A DNA stretch of 63,981 nucleotides, counting the filler, from Stramenopiles sp. TOSAG23-6 (Eukaryota), in assembly GCA_900128565.1 (NCBI GenBank). It is 3 parts of 3 records of this genome, joined end to end, with 100 filler letters (N's around TTAATTAATTAA, not from the genome) between each part and the next. Parts side by side here need not be neighbours in the genome. Positions count along the whole stretch, not along the records: positions 25,574 to 50,863 come from LT635997.1; positions 50,964 to 63,981 come from LT636179.1; 1 more part is not named here. The stretch is one strand, 5' to 3'. Below the pieces are notes generated by a model. It worked only from the letters and a program-made list of their open reading frames with translations, was not told the origin of the DNA and ran no database searches. How positions within the stretch are numbered: position 1 is the stretch's first letter; each line of letters starts with the position of its first letter. Made by a program: the position numbers and the translations under genes. Below, piece by piece: positions 45,036-57,655 of the stretch.

Positions 45036-47082
45036 ATGGAGATACAGGACTTGCCAAATCGCATTACCTTGGAAGATATGCGTGATATACCTGATGTAAG
45101 TGGTTGGGATATTTCAGATGAAGACATTAGTGTTCGGATAGTAGAAAAGATGGAACCTCTCCCAACAAAAGAGTTTCGGCTTTCCCACGGTCCAATATGG
45201 GATGAAGTAGTGGCTGCGTTTGAGAGTTATAATGATGTAGAGCGACGGAATTGGATTTTAGAGTTAAATATTGATCGTACTATTCATTTTGATACTTCAA
45301 AGACCGTAAATGATGAGTCTAGTCAAGTGGCAAAAGAAGCTTTCTCAAGAAGTTATATAATCGATCCTTGGTTATGGAGGTGTAGAAAACTTCAAAAACT
45401 TCGTCTTTGTATATCACCGGTAGGTACTTTAAAGAATGTAAAACCTTGGATTTGTATGTTAAAAAGTTTACAACATTTGGATTTATCTGGAAATGGTATA
45501 GAAGTCTTACCTGAGCATTTGAGTCGTTTGATTCAACTTCGAAGTCTTGACGTTTCGAATAATCATTTGACTACACTTCCCACAGAGCTGAAGTCATTAA
45601 CCTCACTTGTTTCTCTGGATGTTCGTACAAACAAATTAACGTCTCTTGTACCTATTCCATATAGTTTAGTTTGTTTACATGCTGATTATAATCATTTGTC
45701 TTCAATTGTTGACATCTTCAACTGTGAATTAAACAATACAAATGATACAAATGATACAAATGATAAAAAAGATAAAAAAGATCAAATACAATCATTTCGG
45801 ATAGAAACACTTACTCTTACGGGTAATATGTTAACAAATATACCAAGTGAAATTAGTCATTGTACGTCTTTAGTTACATTCAAACTATCTGAAAATAAGA
45901 TTGAAAATATGTATGTTTTTTTTTTTTCAATTTTTTATCTAAATATTTTTTTTATAGTAAATTTTGTACCTAACAAATTTTCCAAAAAAAAAAAATTTCA
46001 CAATATATTTGTTTTGAACTTGGCCTTTTAAGTAAGAAATTAAGACATGTTGATTTTCGTAATAATTTGATACAAGATAAAAAAATACTTAAAATGGCAA
46101 ATAAAGCATCTTTGAATGGTGCAAGAGATTTAGTTGTGTTTTTGAAATTTTTAGCAAAATCGATAAAAAAAAATCAAAAAAACAAAAAAAATAAAAAAAA
46201 TAATACAAAAAAAAAAGTAGAACAACACGAAATCACTCCTGAACAAATAGAACAACGTAAACAAAAAGAACACGAAATATTACTATTACAGTTAGCGCGT
46301 GAAAAAGCTCAAGAAATGGAAAGAATTAAACGTAAAAAAGAAAAAATCGAATTACAAAATAAAATGAGTCAACGTAAAAAAGAAAAAAAAGAAGAAAATG
46401 ATCTCAAAGAAAAACAAATCAAACATCGTCGAAATCTTCGCCAAGAAAATCGTACGAAACAAATGTATGAATTATTTTTTTGAAAATTCAAAATTTTTTT
46501 TTTTATAGTAAATTTTGTACCTAACAAATTTTTTTAGAATTTTTTTTGAAATATTTTTTCAAAATTTATACAGTTATTAGCTGAGAAGAAAAAGGAATGG
46601 AATGCTCTTTCTAAAAAAGAACAAACTCAAATTTTAGATGTACAACAAAAAAAAGAGGAAGAAACAAAAATGATTAATGAAATGTATGTTTTTTCATTAT
46701 GAATTTTTTTTNTTTTTTTTTTTTTTTTTCGTACGAAATTTTGTACCTAAACCTAAAAGATTTTTTTTTTTTTTTGAAATATTGTCCAAATATAAATGAT
46801 TGAAGAGGCACGAAAACAAGCTGCTATATCTCAAGCTGAAAAAGTTCAATTAAAACGTTTAGCAAAAGAAAAAGAATTAAAACAATCAAAAGATAAACAT
46901 AAAAAACCATTATATATAGTACAACCAAGATATTCTGGTATTGTTACAATGTTTGATTCATCTAGAGGTTTTGGTTTTATTGAAATAAAACACGAAATCA
47001 AAAAAACAGATAGCAGTACAAAAGATTTGTCAAATACAAATTTATTAGGTAGAGAATTGTATAACAAAAATGAATTGACTTT

Positions 47083-47116
<34 letters not shown>

Positions 47117-47368
47117 CATGATAATACATCACAAAAAATACAAAAAATACAAAATATACAAAAAATACAAAAATCAATTTTTGTACATTCTTCATCAATG
47201 TTATTTGATACTCGTGAAAAATCAATAAAACGTACTGGATTTGAAAGAAAAAAGTTAAGTAAAGGTCAACATGTTGAATTTGAAATTTCTGTTGGAAAAA
47301 ATAATAGAAATCAAGCAACTTCGATTACATTAGAAAATGGTGTTTTATTTTCTGGTTTTGAAAGATAA
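45036..47368 (+). CDS. LRR + coiled-coil + cold-shock-domain protein, three introns
   Basis: LQHLDLSGNGI-type LRRs; YSGIVTMFDSSRGFGFI...IFVHSS...GQHVEFEI. GT-AT introns at 45911-46008, 46465-46569 and 46684-46797. Confidence 0.82.
45911..46008 (+). mobile_element. Introner-type GT-AT intron
   Basis: Restores the LRR: ENKIEN-ICFELGLL...LRHVDFRNN. Confidence 0.82.
46465..46569 (+). mobile_element. Introner-type GT-AT intron
   Basis: Use of the CAG 4 nt downstream gives an immediate TAG; the TTTAT| site keeps the frame. Confidence 0.78.
46684..46797 (+). mobile_element. Introner-type GT-AT intron
   Basis: AT|GTATG...ATATAAAT|G. Confidence 0.75.
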
Positions 47369-47631
47369 TAAAATTTCTTATATTCATGGCTAAAAATGTG
47401 TGTAATAATATCAAAGATTGTTTAGGTCTTTGGGAAGAACATTTTATAAAACACGAAATCCAACAGAAAATAATAAAAATGAATTATAAAACAAGATTGT
47501 TCCACGATGTGAAAGAAGAACCTGAGCAGCTGACCGTCGATCCAGTCATATATCGAATCGATCCGGTGTTTTATCTACTTGCTTATATTTGTCTACACTC
47601 GGGAACGACGAACTAAGATCTACGATATACC

Positions 47632-49399
47632 ATGATGAAACTAAGCATCTTTTTGATAATGCATTTTTTTGCCGTTGTCGTTGCGAGTGGATGCAAGCAG
47701 TGTAATCGATCCCTCACGTGCCTCCCTAGGTCTGCGGAACGGTTTGAGAACGTTGGACTTGTGGAAAAAAGAGGGAAATGGGGTGTTTGGAGTAAACGTA
47801 ATTTCTTCATGGAAGAATGTCCGTGTCCCGATATTGTTCATGGAAGAAGCGAATGCTTATATGTTTATAATACGACACCTTCTGAAGAATTAAGGGGAGT
47901 TTTTATCATTAACAATTCTGACCAAATCACGATGGAAATGTCCAAAAAGTCTCGTAAACATTTACTATCGCGGCTGTCTCCTCGAAAACATGTCATCACT
48001 ATTATCTCTGATGAATTTATTTCTACACATGGAGACGAGACAAATAAAAAACTTGAATTATCATTCGAAAATGATGCGTTGAAACAAAATTTTGTTTCAG
48101 AAATGAACAGTAAATTATCACTCACAGAGGAAGAAAGAGAGACGTGTAAAGTTTTAGATGCACAACCATATGAACATAATCGCTTACAGAAGGATTTGTA
48201 TGCCCGATGTATGCATGATGAGACATTTCTTTATGCCATGGCAAAAGGTAATAAGTTTACACGTGCTAATTCTATACTATATAAAGATATTTGTGATTTG
48301 GTGATTGGTCACGTTCCACAAAATATTGAGCTCTGCTCAGAAAAGATTAGAAAGAACATAGAATTCTGTATGGAGCAATACCAAAAGAATCATGGCATAT
48401 TTAGTAAACTTTTACCCGAGATGCGAGAACAAATTTACGCCGAAGAAACAAAGAAAGATAAAAAAAACAGTGCTATAATATTCGAAGAACAATACAAAAA
48501 ATATAAGTCTTTAACATGTTCAACACAAAATTTTAAAATTGCTCGACAAGCAGTTAAAAACGATGGTTTACTACTTGATAAAGCAGATAAATTCTTTACA
48601 AAATGCGGCCGTCAAGGTCAAAGATTTTTGAATAGTGTGCAGAATTCATCTCTAACTTTCAGTGGATATAAAGTAATCGAATATGAAGCTGTTGAAAATA
48701 ACCCAGAGGCAATACAATTTGTCCATCCTGATTGTTCTAATTTTTACGAGAGATTAGCTGGCAAGGCGATTCGATGGAGTTACAAAAGTATAAAACATGT
48801 GTATCGATATAGTAGTTGTCCAGACCAATGTGAAAGTCTGATGAATAATTTGTTTCATATAGAAAGTCATCATATGGCTTGGGCTTATCAAAAGTTATCT
48901 TTTCCTTTATATGCATTGAAACATATCAAAGGCTCCCCTTGTGAGAAACATCTAAGAGCCATGTATGTTTATATGAATTTCTAATTTAATATTTTTTCAT
49001 ACGAAATTTTGTACCTAACGAATTTTTTTTTGAAATATTTTTTCACAATACATTTATGAGAAACATCTAAGAGCCATTTATGAAAGCCAAGGAATAAACT
49101 GCCCAATTGATTACTCGCATTCATCTTATCCAAATGAACCAAAACTACAAAAAACGTTTTATGAAAAAGTAATTGATTATTCAATTGAAGAGGAAAAAAA
49201 AGAAAAAAAAATCAAAAATCAAAAACAAAAACAAAAACAAAAACAAAACACATATATTTCATATATTCCAAAGGATGTGTATGAAAAAATTTGGCATTGC
49301 ATGTTATCTAACAATCCTACACGTATCAGAGATATGAACCCAAAAGTGTATAAAGAATTTTACAAAACAAAATTGAAATTATACCGAACATACTTATGA
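47632..49399 (+). CDS. Predicted secreted protein with DUF4116-like repeats, intron 48963-49053
   Basis: Signal peptide; AVKNDGLLL and AVENNPEAIQFV; the second exon is open to TGA at 49399. Confidence 0.65.
48963..49053 (+). mobile_element. Introner-type GT-AT intron with adjacent empty-site copy
   Basis: Interrupts the first of two tandem 24-bp units GAGAAACATCTAAGAGCCATTTAT. Confidence 0.88.
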
Positions 49400-49571
49400 A
49401 AAAACTAATAAAAGTGAGATGGAATTGCTTATAGAACACATATATAAGTTCAAAAAATAAAAGCATGTGTAGAACACATATATAATTTTATACAAAAAAT
49501 AAAAGCATGATTACACTTTATAATGTATAAGTTTTATACAATATTCTTTCGATGTGTTGCTGGCATAAGTT

Positions 49572-50750
49572 TTATATACGTAATATGCTCTCAAGGTGTT
49601 GCTGGTCATCACCTAGATTCCAAATTTCATTCATTTTATAGAGAGGGTTTGTGTGCTCAACAATTTTAAGAAATATGTTCCAAAATCCCATTTGAAGCAA
49701 AATGTCGAATCTGCAAAAAGAGTTCATCCTCCTCCTCCTCCTCCTCCTCTTTAGTATTAATGTATTTTGGAAAAATATTTCAAAAAAAAATTCGTTAGGT
49801 ACAAAATTTCGTACGAATAAAAAATTCGATTTTTTTGTAAAAAAAAAAAATAAAACATACATTGATCTAGCTAGCCTATATACTAGAATCGTATCTTCTT
49901 TTAGCATTACTTGTATAGATCTTTTTACAACATTTTCTTTATCATAAAGATTATCTATATATTAAACAAGAAAGTCAATCAATTCAATAATATGGTAACA
50001 AAGAATATCCTACCTCTTTCTTCTCTGTTTTCCTTTACAATATTGTATCTGTCGCTCATAACAGATTATTACCCTTCTTCTTCTTCATGTGTATTTAACA
50101 TTGAACTGATGTAGCTAGAACTTTACCTTCATCTTCTCTCTGTGTAGTTGACAGTTTCATTCGATGTTTTTCCCAACCTGTTTTTGCAATTCTTTCAAGT
50201 TTTGTTTTCATTAATGTCCATTGATCTACTTTCACAAATGTACTAAATATAAATAAGAAACTTTTATGATAATCATCAATATTTTTTTGCCCTTTTGAGA
50301 TACATTTTTTCATTTTTTCTATTTCTGTATTTATTTTTTGTACATGTATTATAACATAATATAGCATTTCATCAAAAAATAAATTTAAAATTCATAATGG
50401 AAAATAAACATTTGAAAAAAATTTAAAAAAAAATTTTGAAATGCAAAAGGAAAAACAAACATCTTTTTTTTTCATTTTCTTCTTTTTCTTTTTTTTTCTT
50501 GGACCTTTTTTTGCAACATTTATATTTTTCAGTAATTCGTTTTTCAAAACACGAAATCTTTCTTTAAAAGGAAACACGAGATCTACTAAATTTGTTGGGA
50601 GATTTTCAACATATATATATTTCAAGATTTTACGAATATCAGCTATACTAAAAATTCCAGGAAATTTCGTATATATATTTTCAAAATATATTTTATATGA
50701 AAATATTTCAAAATAATGTTTTTTGTTAGTTATGAAAAATATACAAACAC
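49572..50750 (-). CDS. Hypothetical multi-exon protein, 5' partial
   Basis: Several minus-strand ORF pieces; clear introner at 49760-49860; other junctions uncertain. Confidence 0.45.
49760..49860 (-). mobile_element. Introner-type GT-AT intron
   Basis: AT|GTATG...CGTACGAAATTTTGTACCTAAC...CCAAAATACAT|. Confidence 0.8.
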
Positions 50751-50757
50751 AATAACT

Positions 50758-50796
<39 letters not shown>

Positions 50797-50806
50797 TTGG
50801 AAAAAA

Positions 50807-50857
<51 letters not shown>

Positions 50858-50863
50858 CAAATA

Positions 50864-50963
50864 NNNNNNNNNNNNNNNNNNNNNNNNNNNNNNNNNNNNN
50901 NNNNNNNTTAATTAATTAANNNNNNNNNNNNNNNNNNNNNNNNNNNNNNNNNNNNNNNNNNNN
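50864..50963. other. Artificial contig-join linker
   Basis: N run + TTAATTAATTAA + N run. Confidence 0.95.
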
Positions 50964-51056
50964 TTTTTTTACAAAAAAATCGAATTTTTTTTTCGTACGA
51001 AATTTTGTACCTAACAAAAAAATTTTTTTTTTTTGAAATATTTTTCCAAAATACAT

Positions 51057-51574
51057 GGTACTCCAATTCTTGATATAAAACCCTACTTACCTAAATTTGA
51101 TGCGTTACCTAATACAATGACATATACACCAGATTGGGTGACGAATGAAGAAAATGCTATTCCACGTATTGTTACGATAACGGCTAAAGCAATGAAACAA
51201 TTATCTTCTGGAGATATTCAAAAATGTATTCAATCAAAAAATAGTGTTTTTACCAATGGTATTGATGAGTGGTTAAATGCTTTACGTCAAGTATTAGAAA
51301 TGGATGTGATGTGAGTCGAAAACCTTCTTTAAGTAAGGAATATTGTATACATTTTGATGGTATTAAGGCAAAATATCAAATTCTTCCGACAAATATGGAT
51401 GGAAATATTGATGAAAATATAGAAAATATTCATAAAAATATGGATAAAAATCATAAAAATCATAAAAATATGGATAAAAATCATAAAAATATTAATCGTG
51501 GTACAACAAAAGTTTTTTCATTTTCTGTCATTGGTCAAAAATTAAAAAGTAGAACACCTTTTTTCAAAACATAA
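51057..51574 (+). CDS. TRMO: TrmO/TsaA tRNA methyltransferase, C-terminal exon (frameshifted)
   Basis: GTPILDIKPYLP..D...PDWV follows an introner 3' end (AATACAT at 51056). A 5-bp GATGT duplication at about 51303-51312 shifts the frame. Confidence 0.75.
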
Positions 51575-51942
51575 ATAAAGTACATTGTACCAAATAACTA
51601 CAAAATTGTATATTTTCAACCTTTTTTCAAAAATAAATAAAGTACATTGTACCAAATAACTACAAAATTGTATATTTTCAACTTTTATTTACATTACGAT
51701 ATTATAGCAAATTTTGTTTGCGATTTGTTAGGGGAAAAACACAAAAACATCTTGAAAAATCCGTACTTTATTGGTACGGACACACGAAAAATGTGTGTTT
51801 TTTTTGCTAAATATCGAAATATCGAAATATCGAGTCAGTTGTTCATTTACCGGTTTTTTTCAAGTCACACACACACACACACAAAAAGGTAGTAAACTGA
51901 ATCATTTTATATCGTTTCTTTTACTCTAATAACGTTACTATC

Positions 51943-53624
51943 ATGTCAAGTGATAAGAAAGAAAAGAAAGATAATTCCCCAGAAGCGAAAGCTGCACGTA
52001 AGGCAGCCCGTAAAGCGGAAAAGAAAGCAGCACGTAAAGCTGAAAAAAAAGCAGCACGTAAAGCACTCAAACGTTCATTAAAAGACTCTGGCGTTGAAGT
52101 AGATTCTTCCGAACGAAAGAAGCAGAAAAAAGAAGAAAAACCTGCCACACAAAAGGAAATTTCTACTGTATCTCCTCCTACTTTGAAACCGACAACATCT
52201 GCAGTTGTAAAATCATCTGATGAATGGCGTAAAGAACATTCTATTGAAATTAAAGGGTGATGTCTGCACCCTATCCTAATTCTGTAAAACAAGCATTTAC
52301 AGCAGCAGGTTTTGAAAAGCCAACACCTATACAATCACAAAGTTGGCCTATTGCCAATACTGGACGTGATATAATTTCTGTAGCTAGAACTGGAAGTGGA
52401 AAAACATGTGGATTTCTCATGCCAGTTTTTATGAAAATTCAAAACAGACTTAAAACACGTACTCATCGTGTTCGTGATGGTCCTTTAGCTCTTGTACTTG
52501 CACCAACACGTGAGTTAGCCATGCAAATTCAAGCGGAAGCATTAAAATTTGGACGTCCACAAGGAATTCGTTCAGTAGTGTTGTACGGTGGGGCTCCAAA
52601 AAGACGTCAAATTGGCGAGTTGGAACGTGGTCTTGTTCATATGGTTGTTGCAACACCAGGTCGATTAAATGATTTATTGGATATGCGCAAGACAAGTGTC
52701 AATCTTGTTGAAGCGCTTGTGTTAGATGAAGCAGATCGTATGTTAGATATGGGTTTTGAACCTCAAATTGATGCAATACTTTCTAAAATGCCTGTCCAAA
52801 AACGAATGATGGAACGTCCAGTGCCATCATCAGGTTTGTGCGATTCGACATGTCGTCAAACTCTATTTTATAGTGCTACATGGCCACGTGAAGTACAACG
52901 TGTAGCTGCACGTTTCTTATGTAATCCAGTTCAGTTAAATGTTGGTAAAAGTGGCCAATTAGTTGCAAATGAAGATGTTGAACAAATCATTAAAGTTGTT
53001 GAACCAAGTGATAAGCTTGCTGAATTATTAAAAATAATTCAAAATTTACCTGAAGGTGCAAAAACAATTGTATTTGTAGGTAAAAAAAGAGATTGTGACA
53101 GTATCGCAAATAAGTTATGGAATGACGGTATGGCATGTGATTCTTTACATGGTGATAAAGATCAATGGCAGAGAACGCGTGTTTTGGCTGCTTTTAAAAG
53201 TTCTCAAACAACATTACTCTTTGCTACTGATGTAGCTGCTCGTGGCCTCGATGTGAAAGATATCACACATGTAATTAATTATGATTTTCCTAATGGAAAA
53301 GGAAAAGTTGGAATTGAAGATTATGTTCATAGAATTGGACGAACTGGCCGTGCTGGTCGTAAAGGCACAGCGTATACACTTTTTACATATGAATCTAAAA
53401 AAAATGCATTTGCATTAATTCAATTATTAAAAAATGCTAAACAAAATGTTCCTGACGAATTAGCGAAATTTGGAGTAAGTGGTCGACGTGGTGGAGGTGG
53501 TCGATTTGGTGGTCGTGGTCGTGGTGGTCGATATGGTGGACGTGGTCGTGGTGGTCGATATGGTGGACGTGGTCGTGGAGGAGGTCGATTTGGTGGACGT
53601 GGACGGGGAGGCAATCGTTGGTAA
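51943..53624 (+). CDS. DEAD-box RNA helicase, DDX5/Dbp2-like with RGG tail
   Basis: PTPIQSQSWP, ARTGSGKT, PTRELA, LDEADRMLDMGFEPQI, SATWP and HRIGRTGRAG. Frame break at about 52257 after a Lys-rich N-terminus. Confidence 0.9.
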
Positions 53625-53935
53625 ATGTCTCTATGTAGAGAGAAAAGTATAGCTTGTTGTTTTGATAGTTGTTGGTGATTTTCATACTCATTGTTTCAAT
53701 TGTATTTGTAAATACTACAATAATATCGATTACAAACAACTATTTCATATTTTCGTTTATAAAGATAGGAATATAAAATAAATTTGATATGTACAATTTA
53801 TTAAGAGACTTTTGTGTCCAAAATTATATAAATTAAAACTATACTTTTTTTGTGATGAAGAAGTTGAGTTTTCGATCTAGTATTCAAGAATTCGAGATGA
53901 TGTTCACGTTCAAGAATTCGAGATGATGTTCACGT

Positions 53936-54583
53936 TCACCACCAAAGACTGAATTGAGGAGGATTAGTACCATTAGTTTGGAGGTCGTTGAAACTCGGTG
54001 TCTCAACTTCAGCAGATGTAGCATAAGTAGGCATAAAATCGGATTCTTCTCTAATTGGCGAAAAAACACGCAAACTGTCCAGCGATAATGGCGATATTGA
54101 TGATGGCGATGATGGTGAAGTTGATGAACTCTCGGGCGACATCGATGATAATGACCCTCTTAGCGACGACGGTGGTTCGGGCGATATTGATGATGCGGAT
54201 ATTGTTGGTGACAATAGCGATGCTTCTGGTAGATTTGAAGAGTCGAAGTCTTGATCCAATTCAAAGTTGTCAAATCCTGCGTTGTCGTCATATGTTTTAC
54301 CATTATAAGAAGCACCAACTGGCTCGGTATGCTTGTCTTTATTAACTACTCCTTCTAGTAATTGAAATTGCAATTCAGTGTTTGGACTCCGACGAATGGC
54401 TGTTTCGGTTTGAACCAGGCGTCCACCGTACCCTTCAGCGTCGTAATATTGTGGCATTACTGGTCTATCAGCAAAAGCATAGTGCCCACCATAGTTATAT
54501 GCTTCCGGTGATGAAGCTCCACTCGATGAAGATATAGTTGTAATGCAGCCCAAAAGGGTCAGAAAGGTTAACAATACTGACAT
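53936..54583 (-). CDS. Predicted secreted Ser/Pro-rich protein
   Basis: 215 aa ORF with a signal peptide. Confidence 0.65.
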   Translation of the reverse strand: MSVLLTFLTLLGCITTISSSSGASSPEAYNYGGHYAFADRPVMPQYYDAEGYGGRLVQTETAIRRSPNTELQFQLLEGVVNKDKHTEPVGASYNGKTYDDNAGFDNFELDQDFDSSNLPEASLLSPTISASSISPEPPSSLRGSLSSMSPESSSTSPSSPSSISPLSLDSLRVFSPIREESDFMPTYATSAEVETPSFNDLQTNGTNPPQFSLWW

Positions 54584-54993
54584 GTTTTTTAATGTGTTTA
54601 TGGTATGTGTCGTTCGACAAAGTATGCCTAAGTATGTATTGCTACACTACTGTAATAGGATCAGAAAAATAAGGTATCGCTTTTGTATATAAAATATCGA
54701 GTCAGTTCGACGGTACATGGCGCCGCCGGCCGGTAAATGGTTGTATAACCCTAACCCTAGTTTAACACGGTTCATTTCCAAGAAATCCAAAAATATTTTA
54801 TTTACTATCATTTATTATATAATAAATATCCAAAACGTATTATACTACAATACACTAAAATGTTGTACTTTTTGATACTATCACTATTATATATTTCTTT
54901 TTTTTCGTACAAAAAATATCCAACGAAAATATTTTTTAAATTCTTTTTTGAACTTTTTCGAAAATTTTTATTTTTTGAACTTTTTGGAATTTT

Positions 54994-55848
54994 TTATTTT
55001 CTTCGAACTTTTTGGAATTTTTTATTTGACTTTAAACCACTCCTGTCCTTCATCATCCATTCTCTTGCTTGTTGAAGTGTTTCTGGCATTGGATCATTTC
55101 TAGATTTTCTTAAGTGTAACCATTCATGCAATACTTCCATGAATTTTGTAAAAATATTTTCAAAACATTGTTTTTTTTTTGTTAGGTATGAAATTTTGTA
55201 TATAAAAATACATATGAAATTTGATATAAACGTGAAACCGATGACTTACATTGTTTGAAATTGAACTAATAATTCGTTCACAGTACTTTGTTCCACACCA
55301 ACTGTATTTGCAACTCTTTTCTTTGTCTTTCCTTTTATTCCGCGCATATCACTTAACTCACTTGGTGTAAATGCGCTCAAAATGTCCAATTGTTGTTTGA
55401 CTTGTTTAACTTCTTCTGTATTACTGACTCCAGGTAACTTCATACGCCACTTTTGATCTTCCAATGATTGTTCAATTTCATCTTTCCAATGTGCAAGAGT
55501 TAAAGTTTTAACGTTCAAAAGAGACACAATTTGTTGTTGAAATTTTTCATCCATTTTCTTTTCACGACGAGAATCGACTTTACTTTTTAGTTTTCCCGCC
55601 CAACCAGTAAATACACCGGTACTAAATGAACTACTTTGCATTGTATGTATGTATTGTATCATATGGGAATCAGATACGCGTTGAGAATGGCATTGATTGA
55701 TTTGTGAAAAATCTTTCGACAAAGTAAAGGTGACTAGGGAACGACTAGTCACTGCGGATGGGGATAGAACACATCGTTGTACTCTTGTTTGAATACTCTT
55801 TTGTACATTAAACAATTGAGACTTTGAATACAGTAACCTATTCAACAT
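54994..55848 (-). CDS. Mitochondrion-targeted protein with Ffh/SRP54 M-domain-like region, intron 55139-55249
   Basis: Transit-peptide-like N-terminus; ILSAFTPSEL...KTKKRVANTVGVEQSTVNELLVQFQTM-EVLHEWL. Confidence 0.65.
55139..55249 (-). mobile_element. Introner-type GT-AT intron
   Basis: AT|GTAAGT (perfect U2 donor)...CATACCTAAC...AAATTCAT|G. Confidence 0.82.
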
Positions 55849-56241
55849 AGCTATAATGAAATGGTCACTCTAATGTCTCACTAGTACTATATATATGCAC
55901 AAACAAATAACAATAAACGAATTTTATTGTACTGGTGTGTGAAGTAGGTTTTTGTATTGGGTAGTACTACGTAGTAAGAAAAAAAGATGGCCAGAGACTG
56001 AGAGTACTACTAGCCCAAGGAGGTTTAAGTACAAAATTTGTATACAAAAAAAAACACCACGTGCCACTGCCACACGTCCAAATGCAAAAAGTAAAGTAGT
56101 ACAACAACAACAACAAGAGGGTAGAAAGACAATTTTTGTTTGATTGATTGTTTAAAGCAAAAGCAATTTCATATACCATATATACCATATATATATATAA
56201 TAGATATCAGTATATATTGATCTTTTCCATTCACTGTATCA

Positions 56242-56808
56242 ATGGGTCGTTATTCTGTTGAATTCCGATTTGCACAGACTGCTTTACAAAAAGCACGAGC
56301 TCAAGTAAGAGGGCGCATGCATGGCCCTGAATACCCCACTTTACACGCTTTATTGGAGACAGCACCACTCCGAACTCCACCGAATATACCTGGTCATATT
56401 AAACGTTTAAAACGAGAATCTGGAAGAGGTAATTCGGAGCGTAGAATGTTAGGTGAATTTTACAGTGCGTATCATAATAGCCAAAAGAAATTGACACATT
56501 TACCACTTTTTGGTACTCGTGTAACTACCGTAGGTATGCGTTTTGTAGAGCGACAACTTCAATTTATGGCACGTGGAATGACAGAAAGTGAAGCATTTCA
56601 AGCGTGTGAACATTTGTATGATGTGGAACATGCAGAAAATGAAGATAAAGATGCAATGAAAATCAAAACAGCAGAACAAAAAGAACATGAAGCAAAACAA
56701 AAACAAGCTGAAGAGTGGTTAGCTAAACGTGAAGAAAAGGAAAAGAAAATTTTTGGTGATAATGATAAACCAGGTTTTAGTAATGATAAACCAGGTTTTG
56801 ATTTTTAA
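56242..56808 (+). CDS. Possible mitoribosomal protein mS23-like
   Basis: RFVERQLQFMARGMTESEAF resembles the mS23/Rsm25 C-terminal motif. Confidence 0.5.
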   Translation: MGRYSVEFRFAQTALQKARAQVRGRMHGPEYPTLHALLETAPLRTPPNIPGHIKRLKRESGRGNSERRMLGEFYSAYHNSQKKLTHLPLFGTRVTTVGMRFVERQLQFMARGMTESEAFQACEHLYDVEHAENEDKDAMKIKTAEQKEHEAKQKQAEEWLAKREEKEKKIFGDNDKPGFSNDKPGFDF

Positions 56809-57130
56809 ATTTAAATGTAAATGAAAGTGTGTAGTAAAACTTCTCTTAGTGATGGAAATGTACTACAATTTATTATATTTATTAGATTCAATTTAGGTTA
56901 TAAAAAAAAAACTTCTCTTAGTGATGGAAATGTACTACAATTTATGATATTTATTAGATTCAATTTCATTTGATTCATTTATAGAAGTAATAGAGATTAT
57001 TTATAAAAAAAACTAAAAAAAAACAAATTTTGACTAATAATAACATTGTGCAACAGCAAAAAAGAAAAAACACTAACATATTTTTATTTCATTAAAATAA
57101 TTAGTTTTATCTCAGTTATAACTCTCACTT

Positions 57131-57655
57131 TTATCTCAGTATATTTTTATCTGAATTTGTATTTTCATGAAAAATAAATAATATCCAAATATGAGAAAAT
57201 GTCTCGACACCAAGAAAAGTAGCTGGAGAGACATTGGAAGAAAAATGTAAAATGGCTCTTGTTTTTGGTGTCAATAGAGGTTGTCTTGGAGTACCTTGAC
57301 AGTCACTAAAACAGGATTTAATTTGTCCAATTGGACGTATTAAATAAGGCACTGTTGCGTCTTTTTTTGGGGTTGATTTGGCTATTATCTTTGAGATCTT
57401 TGAGTGTTTATTCATTGTAGTTCTAGGGTAAAGTATATGCTTCGTTGCCGCCTTGTTTTCTTGATGATGGATACTTTCTTTTATCTTTGTTGTCCTTTTA
57501 TTCTGCTTTGCGTTCTTTTTTGCTTTCCATTTTGCACGATGTTGTTGTAGTGAACGAATATATTTCTTACGCTCTCTTTGAACAGATATGATAAAGAATA
57601 AAGAAGCAAATGATACACCCGCAAGAAACGTTAAAACACTCCTTTGAAGTGACAT
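57131..57655 (-). CDS. TRMO: TrmO/TsaA N-terminal half with TM anchor, truncated
   Basis: IRPIGQIKSCF..CQGTPRQP...GVETFSHIWILFIFHENTN, then a stop codon. The ATRSPHRPN motif is absent. Confidence 0.75.
   Translation of the reverse strand: MSLQRSVLTFLAGVSFASLFFIISVQRERKKYIRSLQQHRAKWKAKKNAKQNKRTTKIKESIHHQENKAATKHILYPRTTMNKHSKISKIIAKSTPKKDATVPYLIRPIGQIKSCFSDCQGTPRQPLLTPKTRAILHFSSNVSPATFLGVETFSHIWILFIFHENTNSDKNILR

Noticed and set aside
52250-52265. Overlapping stop/start (GTGATG) splitting the DEAD-box gene
   Set aside because: A short conserved stretch before the Q motif seems missing. An assembly deletion is more likely than translational coupling, but this cannot be resolved without reads.
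56835-56966. Approx. 60-70 bp tandem duplications in 3' regions (also 51575-51685, 53885-53938)
   Set aside because: They are ordinary local duplications or haplotype artefacts with no further structure.
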